Below are positions 23,588-36,307 of a stretch of DNA of 64,000 bases, piece by piece. This DNA comes from Adineta vaga (taxonomy: Eukaryota > Animalia > Rotifera), in assembly GCA_021613535.1 (NCBI GenBank), contig CP075497.1, forward strand, positions 13,082,001 through 13,146,000, given 5' to 3'. The first letter of the stretch is position 1, and every line of letters begins with the position of its first letter. Under the pieces are notes generated by a model. The model had not been told where the DNA came from. It saw nothing but the letters and a program-made list of their open reading frames with translations, and searched no databases. The translations under genes and the position numbers were made by a program.

Positions 23588-25485
23588 TAATTCCATTTAA
23601 TCAGTTTTTTATTAGTTTTATTGGAAGTTTGGATAGCTGGGGTCGCATTGTAACCCATACATTAGAAAATATCGTCTTAGGTAGACCTAACTACAACACA
23701 ATTGTGCCATGTTTGAATCAGAGTTTTCAAAAGTGTGTAATATTAACGTGCAGTCATAATCGAAGTATCGCCAAGAAGGAAAGTGCAGATCTCAGACTTT
23801 CAGCTTTTCACTATGGTTTTCCGTATAGAAACACTGTTTCAGTATCTCAGGAACTTTGAGCAATACTGAGTAGGATGGTGCAGCGCTTATCCAATTGAAC
23901 ATTGCAGATGTGCGTAGTGGTGATGAAAAATTTGCAAATAGTTCGTGACTAGGCATGTGCGAAACTGGAGCTGGGACTGAAAAATAAAGTTTAACAGGAA
24001 TCGGAACCGGGACTCAGATATTTTACTTCGTAATATTAATAGTTTAGAAAGAAGGACATTTCTTAGTGTTGTTCGATTAGGCAACAATTCTTTCGCATCA
24101 ATCAGTTTACCAAAGTATTTACTAGTATTAAATATTTACCTGATAAGTTCCTCGAAACCTTAATTATGAGTAATATTAAATGGTCGTAAACCGAATATAA
24201 ACATTTCAGTAGTAGTATGATGAATTTTTTGTGTAAAAACGAAGTTAACCAGGTGTCACCTGAGAAATACCTTTAAATGATGAAGAAATACGTGGATGAG
24301 TTTGTATTGAAGGTTTTTTGTTGTTGAACATTTAGTTGAATGTTTTTTCATCACATTAGCTCCACCTGATGCATTCCATGATAAAACTTTTTGGCATTCA
24401 TTGCAGATATTACATTTCTGACGAGCATTATTGATATAAATTTGCCTAAAGTTATCTCAATATGCACTTTTTGTAGCAGAAAGTATCATAAAAGACAATG
24501 ATGCATCTTTTTTCGAACTAGTTGTCCGACTTCTAGCTGTAAGTTTTGACGATAAGGTGTTTTCGTGAGCTCCGTTTATTAATGAACAAGAACAAGAGAG
24601 AATAAGAAACACACGTATATAGATAAGATATAGAGAGAAGAGAGAGAAGAACTAGATGGCACACAATGTGCAAAATATGAAAGAGAACAAGATACACGCA
24701 CGTATATATACGTTTATGTACTGGATAATTCCTTCATATATGTGATGATACGAATAGAGAAAACTTCAATACTAGCTTATCAAATTGTTTTTTTTTTAAT
24801 TGAGTCAGACATTGAAAATGTATTGAATAAATAAAGTATCGGTTATTTGAATTACAATCGAAGAATTGAATTGAAAACATAGTAAAAATGATATAACATT
24901 AATTATCAGTTTGACCTGACTAGATTAAAACAAGTTTCTTCATAAATATCGCTATATAAGTCTCTAGATATCTCTTGCAGATAGTGCCAATTTAGTGTAT
25001 CTCTTTCGGTAATAACGTGGATGAACGTTTCCATAATATAAAACAAAGACTCATAAAGATATCATCAATGGGATCGGGACCAGGACCGAAAAAACTGGTG
25101 GCGAACATGTATAGTCTGGAGTGGAGATGAAATAACGCATAGCCGAAGTTGTCTACGTTCGGTATGCACGGTGGAATATGTTGCGACGATAGAATATAAA
25201 ACATTCCAACATGCTTATATCGATAGTCCCTGCCGTTTCCTAACAAGTGAAGTGTGATGAACAATAGCAGAAATTTCCCCTAGTACATTATAAATGACAT
25301 AAACTGTGTTGAACGACATTAGTAAATTATACGTTAAAAATATAATATTTAAACAAAACTATGATACATTTGTCGCTATTCATTGAATCAAGTTCCATCA
25401 GAAACCATCAACATAGATTGTCATTCTCAATCGTTACCGAGATCGTAAAACCAACTTCTGTAGTTAAAAGTATGTTTCTTTGTAG

Positions 25486-28400
25486 GGGCAAACATTCCCG
25501 GACGAATTTCTGTGCTATGGCAGAAACTGAAACATTTTCTTCGAAATTTCAATTTGTTTCCATCCATACCACCTTCAACAGATGCATATGAACTCCGTAC
25601 TCAAATAATATCAACAAGAGTATTCATTATTCTATTCACTTTATCATTAACAATTCTTGTCTTATACACTTCACTGCAACGAATTACAAAAACAATCTAT
25701 GTCGAAACACCAACACTTGATCAATACTCACAACTATATTCAACTTATTCACCTACACTATCATGTCCATGCACTCAAATATCAATCAATTATCAGAAGT
25801 TCATTCACATTCAATACAAGTTTCATCAAGTATGTGAGAGTTTTTTTATTACTGAAAACTGGATCTATTATATCGCTGCGCCTCGCGGAAGCACAGTATA
25901 TTTCACTGATTTTCAATGGACTGGCCCATTAGCATTTCAAGCTCTGAAGATGTTTTGTGAATTCACAAATAAAACCATCGATGATAGTTTGCATCGATTC
26001 TATTCGAATCAATATGTCACTTCATCAGTCACACCTTCACAAGTATTCACAAAACAAATCGAAACGTTAACTGAACAATTCAAATTATCAACAATAACCA
26101 GTATTCTGTTGTCTCTTTCTTTAATTCGAGAGACAACTCAAAGCAATGGTTTGTATTCCGGTGCAGGTACAAATTACTTATTTCTTATTATAAGCGGTAG
26201 TAAGCATGTTGCTGAGGCATCATTGTCTCACTCTAACTGCTCCTGTCGGTTTTCGTCGAAATGTGTTGAACAATCTTCATTTTATCAATATCCAGTCTAT
26301 GAGCCCATATTTTCTATTCCTGGGTTTTACACGGGATGTTATATTATTGAAGCACTACTGCAATCGACTCTCGAATGCTTTTACAATAAGAATTGTACCA
26401 ATGAATTAAAGAGATATCTTTATTCACCGCTCTTAACAAATGTTACAGTACTTGATTCATTATTACCAAGTCAATATTCACAAAACACGACTATTGAACA
26501 TCTTATGAATAATGCGATGATTGAAGAATGGAATTCAACATCACCGTTTAATAACTATTATAATGAATGTAAACCGAAAGAGTGTGTTTATACAATTGAA
26601 ACAAGAAATGATGTGACTTATATCGTGACGAAAGTAGTTGGAATCGTTGGTGGTTTAGTCACAATCTTGAAATTTGCTGTGGCAATGTTGATCAAGTTAA
26701 TAAGAAAGAAGAAAGAACGCTTACAAACAAACATACGTAAGTTAGGAATAAAAGAGTTTGTTCAATTTTTCGTGGAAGGAACATTGATCTTGATGACTAT
26801 GGTTTGAAGATGACACTAAGAAATTGTCGGCTTCTGATCTAGTTGTGAAAATGGGATATAAATACAGAAAAGAGTTTAGAAAAACAGTATAATTGTATGT
26901 ATATGTAAACGATATAGCTTATATATTGCCGATCAATTCGTCAAATCAATTAAAGTGCGCTTCACGCGTAAACTCAGAACTTGAAGCTGACTTACTCATG
27001 TAGATCTTATAATATTGTTCTCAGACCTACTGAGCCATATGAATTAAGTTTTCTCTCGAGAATACGATAAGTATAATCTCAAGTCGAAAGTGCTATTGCC
27101 AAAATAGAAGAAAAGTAGTCGATACCCGAAAATAAAATTGTCATAACAAGAAGATTTTATTCTGTTTTTGAGAGAAAACTTCTTGAAAAGTTTATTAGTT
27201 TCAAGAATTATGTCCTAAAATAGGGATGCGTAGGTGCGCTCCAATTTGGAGTTTACACACTGTGGAGTTCACGTTTTTGGATCAATCCGTCGCTCGTCTA
27301 CTCATCGCAATGAATGACACGAACAAATGGACTGAAATCTTGCAGGTTTACGACTTTGAAGAATAAAACAAACCATCATACAGCTAAAAGGAATTCTTTT
27401 CATTATACTTGATTCTATTGAGAGGTCGAACAGTTGTTCTCGGGATCAACTAAGAGGGTGAGGAACAGATCTAATTCCGTTTAGATGTGAACTATCAGAC
27501 TTCGTCTAAGTGTAGCACGCATTTCTATTTACTTTAATATTAACATTCCATTTCGCGAACAACTGTTCTAAACCTATTGTGACGAATTCAGATAACATCA
27601 CTTTAGAAAGACATTACTCTACAGGTAATCATAGAAAAAGAGCATTCATTCCAGCACTCGTTCAATGTTGATGCATAATGCTGCATATAAGTCAGCCCTA
27701 GTAGTACCGACCGTAGTCATTTTGCTCTCTCTAGTAGTAAATGTTACAGTATGATGAAACTTTGATCTATTCTATAGTTTTTAGGAACGAATTTAAGACG
27801 CGTTCGACTGTATGGTTCGGAGTGCGAGCGAATATAGGATATATGTGAGCCATGACAAAAGGAGTCCAACGATATCGCGATCGATGAATATGCAGAGATG
27901 ATGCGAGATTAACATCAACTTTCAAACTATAGAAGTCATTTTTCGATGCAATAGTCCATCCTATAGAAAGTCCTTTGTTGAGCTCATGTGGGACCACCCC
28001 CATACCACCCAAAACACAGGTTGGTATTAAAAGGGTTGAAATCGAAGTGATAGCTTACTTCTATCTGCACAAACCATTACAATTCGATCTAAGTTTATTG
28101 TTAGCAATTTTTTTCAAGGACTTACGCCTTGCCAACGGATTCGCCGCTTGTTTTTGAAATGCAAGTTGTATCTTATAACCTTTAACGTATTTCCATCAAT
28201 ACCATCTTCAACAGATGCATATGAGCTTCGTACTCAAATAATATCAACAAGAGTATTCATTATTCTATTCACTTTATCATTAACAATTCTTGTCTTATAC
28301 ACTTCACTGCAACGAATTACAAAAACAATCTATGTCGAAACACCAACACTTGATCAATACTCACAACTATATTCAACTTATTCACCTACACTATCATGTC

Positions 28401-31400
28401 CATGCACTCAAATATCAATCAATTATCAGAAGTTCATTCACATTCAATACAAGTTTCATCAAGTATGTGAGAGTTTTTTTATTACTGAAAACTGGATCTA
28501 TTATATCGTCCCGCCTCCTGAAAGCTACTTGTACACCACTGAATTTCGATTCACTGGTGCACCTGCATTTCAAGCTCTGAAGATGTTTTGTGAATTCACA
28601 AATAAAACCATCGATGATAGTTTGCATCGATTCTATTCGAATCAATATGTCACTTCATCAGTCACACCTTCACAAGTATTCACAAAACAAATCGAAACGT
28701 TAACTGAACAATTCAAATTATCAACAATAACCAGTATTCTGTTGTCTCTTTCTTTAATTCGAGAGACAACTCAAAGCAATGGTTTGTATTCCGGTGCAGG
28801 TACGAACTATGTACTGTATGCTAGAAGCGGTAGTGGGGCGGTTGAAACAAGAGAAGTAGCTTACTCTAACTGCTCCTGTCGGTTTTCGTCGAAATGTGTT
28901 ATAAGATCTTCAATTTCCGAGTATCCAGTGTTCGAAATCTCATTTTCGATTCCTGGATTTTACACGGGATGTTATATTATTGAAGCACTACTGCAATCGA
29001 CTCTCGAATGCTTTTACAATAAGAATTGTACCAATAAATTACAAAGTTATTTTGATTCACCGTCATTAATGAATGTTACAGTACTTGATTCATTATTACC
29101 AAGTCAATATTCACAAAACACGACTATTGAACATCTTATGAATAATGCGATGATCGAAGAATGGAATTCAACATCACCGTTTAATAACTATTATAATGAA
29201 TGTAAACCGAAAGAGTGTGTTTATACAATTGAAACAAGAAACGATGTGACTTATATCGTGACGAAAGTAGTTGGAATCGTTGGTGGTTTAGTCACAATCT
29301 TGAAATTTGCTGTGACACTGTTGATCAAGTTAATAAGAAAGAAAAAAAAGCAATCAAGAATACATCTGAGTAAGTAAACGTGAAAGAATCGAAAACAAAT
29401 GATATTTAATATCATCATCATCATCATGTCCCATAGGCTTAGCGTCCGTTGGGGCCCAACATTTTACGGGATCAGATTTTTCGACGCCTGTCGATCTTGC
29501 GCAAAGTGGAACAGTCCCTGTCCACTGCGTTGATACCACTCCGTTATGCCATTCAACCATTCTCTGCATGGACGCCCTCGCTTAGATTTGCCCTTCATTT
29601 TACCAAATACTAGGTGTTTGAATAATCTGCTGTCGTCCATTCTGCAGATGTGGTCAAACAACCTCAACTTTCTCTTCTTAATGGTGTCTATTATAGTCTC
29701 TTTTTTAGATACCCTTTTTCGGATATCTTCATTCCGTATCATATCTTGCCAATTTATTCGTAGAATTCGTCAGTAACATTTCATTTCAAAAGCCAGTAGT
29801 TTTTCCCGTCTGCTTCTTTTAGAGTCCATGTCTCTGATGCGTATAATAAGACGCTGAACACACATGTGTTTAGGATTCTAAGCTTGTTTTCTATCCTCAA
29901 TTTCTTGCTACTCCATATGTGTTTCAGAGAGGCCATTGCACCTGTCGCTTTTCCTATTCTTCTTTTTATTTCCTCTGAACAGTTATTGTCCCATGTTAGC
30001 AAGCTGCCTAGATATTCAAATTTTTCTACGTTTTCAATGGTATTTCCTGCTACCTGTATGTTGTAATCAATATTCCTGTCTCCAAATGCCATGGTTTTGG
30101 TTTTATTTATATTCAAGATCAGTCCAGCTTGTTCGGCAGCTGTTTTAGTTAGCTCTATTTGGCGTTGAAGTGAGCTAACATCTTCATCTATAAGGTCAAT
30201 ATCATCGGCGAATCTTAGGTTATTTATTAATGTTCTGTCTCACCTGGTCCATTACTCGCTCGAGATATGCGATGAAGAGAAGTGGTGACGGTGGGTCGCC
30301 TTGTCTAGTCCCTACATCTGTTCGAAACCACTCTCCATAATCTATACCAATGCGAACAGCTGACTGAGACTTTTCGTAAATATTTTGTAACAAGGTGACC
30401 ATCTTTACGTCGACACCATAAGATTTTAGCATAGCCCAAATAATTTTAGGGTTGATCGTATCGAATGCTTTTTGAAAATCTATGAAGCAGTTGTATATTT
30501 TCTTGCCCTGTCTTTTTGCTTTTTCAACTAATAGTCTAAGCGTTAATATTTGATGTACAGTACTCCTGTCTTTTCTGAATCCTGCCTGCTCTTCGGATAG
30601 ATACGGGTCCAGTTGATTTTTCAATCTGTTTAGTAGTACTATTAGTAGTACTTTTCCTGTATGATTAATAAGAGAGATCGTTCGGTAGTTTGAGCAATTG
30701 CTGAGGTCTCCTTTCTTTGGAATAGGAACCAATATAGATTTGCCCCATTCTTCTGGAATTGTACCTTCATGCCATGCTTTGTTACAGAGTTTATGTATTT
30801 CGCGTGATAGCAGTTCGCCCCCAGCTTGTAGCATTTCCGCTGTTATGCTGTCTGATCCTGGACTCTTATTTCTTTTTAATGAATTTATCGCTGCTTGTAC
30901 TTCTGAGTACAAGATATCCTGAGGACCTTCATTTTCAGGAGGTGCAATGTCTTCAAGTTCTTTCACCATCCCGTCCCCACCTCCAGGATCTTTATACAGA
31001 CCGCTACAATACTGTGTCCACCTTTGTTTAATTTCGTCATTTGACTGTAACATTGTCCTCTCTTGACTTCGTATGACATTTAACCGAGGTACAAATTCTT
31101 TACTTAGCATTTTTATGAGACCATATGCTTCTTTTGTGTTTCCAATGCTTAGACCTTTTTAGCTTTTCTTTTTGTTGATACAGTTGCCTCTACTGTGGTT
31201 TTGATAGCCTGCTCTATCTTTGTGGCATGTTCTTCTAGGCTACACGTTGGCTCTATCTCTTTGATTTGTTTCGTTAGAGCAGCGCTGTATGATTGTTTTA
31301 CTTTCTCATCTCTCAATCGGTTCACATCAACTCTGTCATACTTTTGTGATTTGTTGTGCAATTTCGTGAGTTTCAAGTTGATATTGCACAACACTAATGA

Positions 31401-34345
31401 ATGATCTGAATTTATGTCTGCACTCTGAAATGTTCGACAGTTTGTGACCGAGGTCTTCCATCTTTGCTGGATGAGTATCAAGTTAATCATATTCTTATGA
31501 ATGCCATCTAGTGACGCCCAAGTCCATTTTCGATTTGATTTATGTTCAAACCGTGTATTACTGAAATTTTAAATGGTGTTGCATCTAATCTTGCCGAAGT
31601 TATTTGTGAGCTATTTGGATTGTAGCCTATTAACGGCTTTTTCGCTTGAATGCTTAATAAAAACCACACACCCTTCGTATGTGAGGTCTCTTCTCCTGAC
31701 CAAATGAAATTTCCTTTCGGTGTTTCACCTTTTCCTGTCCATCGGACTTCTGAAATACCATTTATATCGTATCTAAATCGTTTCATTCCATTTCTGAGCA
31801 GTTCTAGCTTGCCTGAAGGCCATAAAGTCTGCACATTCCATGTTCCTACTGTCAGAATAGTTTTGGCAAGTTTTAGTTTTTGCGTGTTTTTCGTCGTATA
31901 TGAATTCTTCCCAGTCGCCAATTTTTCGACTCTGCCCTGTTTACTCGACAGAGGACGCGAACCTTGTTTTGCCGGGCATCATCCGAGCCGGCATGAATTA
32001 TCTCCAATAACGTTCATGGTTGGTTTCTTTCGTCTTGTTCGTTTTACAGACGGTAGTATCTGCACCCTTCCGTCAAACACTCGTCCTTCATCCGAACTTG
32101 TAACCGGCACGGAGCCCGCTGATCAGCGGTCTCCATGATGGAGTTGATATTTAATATATCAGTCTTTAATGTAAGTCTATTGGTCTTTCACTCGTAGCAT
32201 ATACATACAGTTTCTTTAACATCTATTAGTAAATTTAACTAAAATAAATCAATTTGTGTGAATGACATTTGTTTAAGCCGCCATGGTTGAGTGGTTACGC
32301 TGTTTGGCACGTAACTACAAGGTACTGTGTTCAAACCTCGATAACATCATCCATGGAATGATCTTGGACAAGTCACTAATGGCTAAGTTGTCTAAAATGA
32401 CTCGTAACATATGAGTTATTCGTACTGACTACACGCTTAGTCACTATGTCGGACGAAAGAGAGTGCAGATACCACCGCCCGTAAAAATAAAAAGATAGTA
32501 GAACCCGGCTGCATGTGGAAAAAAATAAATGATAACCGCGGCCGGTCCCTACGGGCGTTTAGCCTATGGGACGTTATTATTATTATATTACATTTGTTTG
32601 CATTGTTAGTCCACAATTTTTTATTATATCGGCTTATCATACGTTGATATGAGCAGTTGCAACCATGTTTATTGAGATTTTGTAAAAATAATAAATCGTT
32701 CAAAGTAATTGCATACATTTATTATATATAAGGTTCCTACACTGTGCTAAGGGAATCATCTGCCAACATATTCATGGACGTTCGTTCAGCATAAATGCAA
32801 ATGGACGACTGCTGTGTGATATTACACCAGTTTCCATGCTATTATTCTCTGCCATGACAAAATACAATCGATTTTTACTTGCATGATTGAGGAATGAAAA
32901 TAGACGGAATAGCCTATCTCACTGAATATTACTCAACTATACTCATCTAAACTTAGAGACTCATTTCGTGTACGAAGATAGCTGTCAAATGATTCATATA
33001 TCCAGAACTGACTGATTGAATAAGAGCACTTTGACGACATATGAAAGGTAAAGAGATATTTCAATCATCCTTTTTTTTAAGAAAGAAACAATGAGAAACG
33101 AATTGCTGAACTATGGCAAAAACTGAAACATTTTCTTCGAAATTTCAATTTGTTTCCATCCGTATCACCTTCAACAGATGCATATGAGCTTCGCACTCAA
33201 ATAATATCAACAAGAGTATTCATTATTCTATTCACTTTATCATTGAAAATTCTTGTCTTATACACTTCACTGGAACGAATTACAAAAACAATCTATGTCG
33301 AAACACCAACACTTGATCAATACTCACAACTATATTCAACTTATTCACCTACACTATCATGTCCATGCACTCAAATATCAATCAATTATCAGAAGTTCAT
33401 TCACATTCAATACAAGTTTCATCAAGTTTGTAAGAGTTTTTTATTACTGACAACTGGATCTATTATATCGTCGCGCCTCGCGGAAGCTCTGTATTTCGCG
33501 AAGATTTTCGAAACACCGGTCCATTAGCATTTCAAGCTCTGAAGATGTTTTGTGAATTCACAAATAAAACCATCGATGATAGTTTGCATCGATTCTATTC
33601 GAATCAATATGTCACTTCATCAGTCACACCTTCACAAGTATTCACAAAACAAATCGAAACGTTAACTGAACAATTCAAATTATCAACAATAACCAGTATT
33701 CTATTGTCTCTTTCTTTAATTCGAGAGACAACTCAAAGCAATAGTTTGTATTCCGGTGCAGGTACAAATTACTTGTTATTAGCGAAGACGGGTAGTGTCT
33801 CTTTGATTCATTCTCCAATGTCTTATTATGGATGTTCGTGTAGTATTTCGTCGAAATGTGTTTTACAATCTTCAATTTACGAATATCCAGTGTCTAAACC
33901 CGTATTTTCTATTCCTGGGTTTTACACGGGATGTTATATTATTGAAGCACTACTACGATAGACTCTCGAATGCTTTTACAATAAGAATTGTACCAATAAA
34001 TTACAAAGTTATTTTGATTCACCGTCAATAATGAATGTTACAGTACTTGATTCATTATTACCAAGTCAATATTCACAAAACACGACTATTGAACATCTTA
34101 TGAATAATGGGATGATTGAAGAATGGAATTCAACATCACCGTTTAATAACTATTATAACGAATGTAAACCGAAGGAGTGTGTTTATACAATTGAAACAAG
34201 GAATGATGTGACTTATATCGTGACGGAAGTAGTTGGAATCGTTGGTGGTTTAGTAACAGTTTTGAAATTGTTTGTGCCACGATTAGTTAAATTCATTATG
34301 ACTTGTATTAAGAAATGGAAAGGAAGGGTGGCTCCGCATAATTAA
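25486..34345 (+). CDS. Three-module membrane protein gene (each module TM-Cys-rich ectodomain-TM); third module disrupted
   Basis: Exons 25486-26736, 28119-29369 and 33082-34345 are joined by phase-1 GTAAGT...AG introns that keep frame. Motifs LSCPC, CSC...C, GCY..EALLQSTLEC, ECKPKECVY, GIVGGL. Module 3 has a 1-nt deletion near 33440 and TCG>TAG at 33959. First exon not located. Confidence 0.8.
29413..32144 (-). mobile_element. RTE-type non-LTR retrotransposon, TSD-bounded and decayed
   Basis: APE endonuclease (LTVGTWNVQTL, GISEVRW, SDH) and RT (NYRTISL, FIDFQKAFD, QGDPPSPLLF, RFADD). (GAT)n 3' tail; 13-bp TSD TGATATTTAATAT at 29400-29412 and 32145-32157. Multiple frameshifts; antisense within an intron. 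Confidence 0.92.
32275..32589 (+). mobile_element. tRNA-derived SINE with RTE-derived body and tail
   Basis: A box TGGTTGAGTGG and B box GTTCAAACC. The 3' end GGTCCCTACGGGCGTTTAGCCTATGGGAC+(TTA)n matches the LINE 3' end. 10-bp TSD ACATTTGTTT at 32265-32274 and 32590-32599. Confidence 0.85.
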
Positions 34346-34899
34346 TGATTCAAAACTGATTCAAATTATGCAGAAAGAAAAATATACAAGGACGAAAATC
34401 ATCACTCATAAACTAAAGCGAAGAATAATTTTAAAACTCATGGTTTTTGAGTACTGTGTCTCACAGGTTTGATTCAATACATTTTTTTTGAAAAATATAG
34501 AAATAATATTCTTATGATTCGGTTTGTTTAAGAAAGTTTAGGTAAACAAACATAGATAACAAAGAAGATTGGAGATAGAATTTCGATTTAGGTGTCTGAG
34601 TGCAATCGAGATACAATGAGCAAATATCAAGCTAAAATAATGTGTACAAATGATAGATCATGAAACTCTTTGAAAAGAAGCAAATGTGATTTTATGTAAT
34701 ATCTATCTTATATTCGTATAATGTCTTTGTAATAGTGACATTTCATATTCAACATTTAAATTTCACAAAGTTGAGGTCTTAGAGCTAAAATCTCGAATTG
34801 AACAGAAATGTGATATCAAATGTTTATGTAAAATAGAAATTCTACTCACGTCAGTCAAATTGTTTTCATTTTACTAAATCGTTTTAAATTGCTTTGCTC

Positions 34900-35140
34900 C
34901 GATTATTTTTGTATTCGCGGACTTGACTCACGATCAGTATCAAAATATGACGTGGATATTCTTTGCCAACAATATCTTCCATCAATGGTCAATCGAATTA
35001 TCCCCCACTGTGCCTCTCCGATGGTGAAACTTCACAGCAATCAGCATGGTTCATTGATAAAGACTCGAATTTTGATCAATTTCCATATTTGCGAACACTT
35101 TACTTGCATGATTTGATTTCTATTACAACGATTAAGAAAA
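34900..35140 (+). pseudogene. F-box/LRR-like fragment interrupted by a MULE insertion
   Basis: PPLCLSDGETSQQ..FDQFPYLRTLYLHDL..TTIKK; the reading resumes as IMLNCYR after the TSD at 35865. Confidence 0.45.
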
Positions 35141-35855
35141 AGCTTGTATTTATTTGAGCAATAAAAATATTGGAATGAGCAATAATTAAAACATGATTTA
35201 GCAGTAACTTCCGAGCAATAAGAAAACATTGTTTGAGCAATTTCATAATATTAAATGAACAATAAATAGTTTATTATATAAGAATATTAATTTCATATTT
35301 AAGCAACAAAAAAAGGAAAAAAACTACGTTATTTTTCTTCACAATTAGCAAGAAACAAAAGGAAAATGGAATATATAACTAATCATTGAATCAATGAAAC
35401 TTTTTTTGCTTTTGCTGGTCTACCTTTTTTTCTTTTTGTACCAATTTCTACATTTTTTGCCTCAGGTGGAGGTTTGCAATATTTTAATCTAATGGACATA
35501 CCAATGGTGTGCTTTCAAATATAGTTTTTCATGAATGATGGACAGGTGCAGGGTGTGGATGTGGGTGTCTTTGTTATATTCAGACCCACCCTTACCCTCA
35601 CACCCACACCTACACCCTCATCCTCAATATTACTTGAAGGTTGCATTTCCATGTCATTTTCAGAATCAGACATATAGTCTGCTACACGTTTCGATTGAGC
35701 CATTTGTATTAAATGAACGGATTATTATTGCCCTTTTTATACACGCATTGTTTTATTTAAATTAATTATTGGTCATTTCATCTAATTATCCCTCATTCAT
35801 TATATATATATATATTGCTCATTCAATATATTTAGTGCTCAATTAAATATAAGTC
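35141..35855 (-). mobile_element. Internally deleted MULE (Mutator-like) element
   Basis: About 45-bp imperfect TIRs and a 9-bp TSD TTAAGAAAA (35132-35140, 35856-35864). Minus strand keeps a putative transposase N-terminus (MAQSKRVADYMSDSEND) and a SWIM finger/AT-hook C-terminus (CTCPSFMKNYI*KHTIG..KRKKGRPAKAKK). Confidence 0.85.
35551..35627. repeat. Inverted telomeric-repeat unit at a MULE deletion junction
   Basis: GGGTGTGGATGTGGGTGT, 15-nt spacer CTTTGTTATATTCAG, ACCC...CCCTCATCCTCAA. Confidence 0.9.
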
Positions 35856-36307
35856 TTAAGAAAATAATGTTAAATTGTTATCGAGTATCTTATTGTTATG
35901 GTCAATACAACCAGGACATCTATTTATATCCTATGTTAAAGTCTTTCGTGTTTTCTTTTACTTTGTTGTTGATTACTATATATATTTCGTTAAATAAAGT
36001 TAAAGTCAGTTATGTTCTAACGAACTATTCACTAACGTCTCTGTATCTTTATATAGCGAGCATAACAAAAAACAACACACAGTGCAGAAGAGAAGGTAAA
36101 TTTTTTTCTTATTATGTCAGCTGAAGATTTATTTGTATTGAGTAAAACTCTTTACAATGATCGGAAATCTGGTAAATATGAATATTTTATTGAAATAATT
36201 CGAAAGAAGATAAATAATCGTCTATTGATAAATTGACTAAAATAGAAAATCTACTTGACATACATATATTTTGCTCATTTAGATAATAAAACAAAAATCA
36301 AATTTGA

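Noticed and set aside
29546-32138. Plus-strand ORFs overlapping the LINE, and other short antisense ORFs over real genes
   Set aside because: Antisense shadows of coding sequence.
32277-32350. tRNA gene
   Set aside because: A and B boxes are present but no full cloverleaf; it continues into a LINE-like tail with a TSD, so it is a SINE head.
25512-34345. Three independent tandem genes
   Set aside because: In-frame phase-1 donors and acceptors link the ORFs, and the ORF-track starts are non-ATG, so one multi-exon gene fits better.
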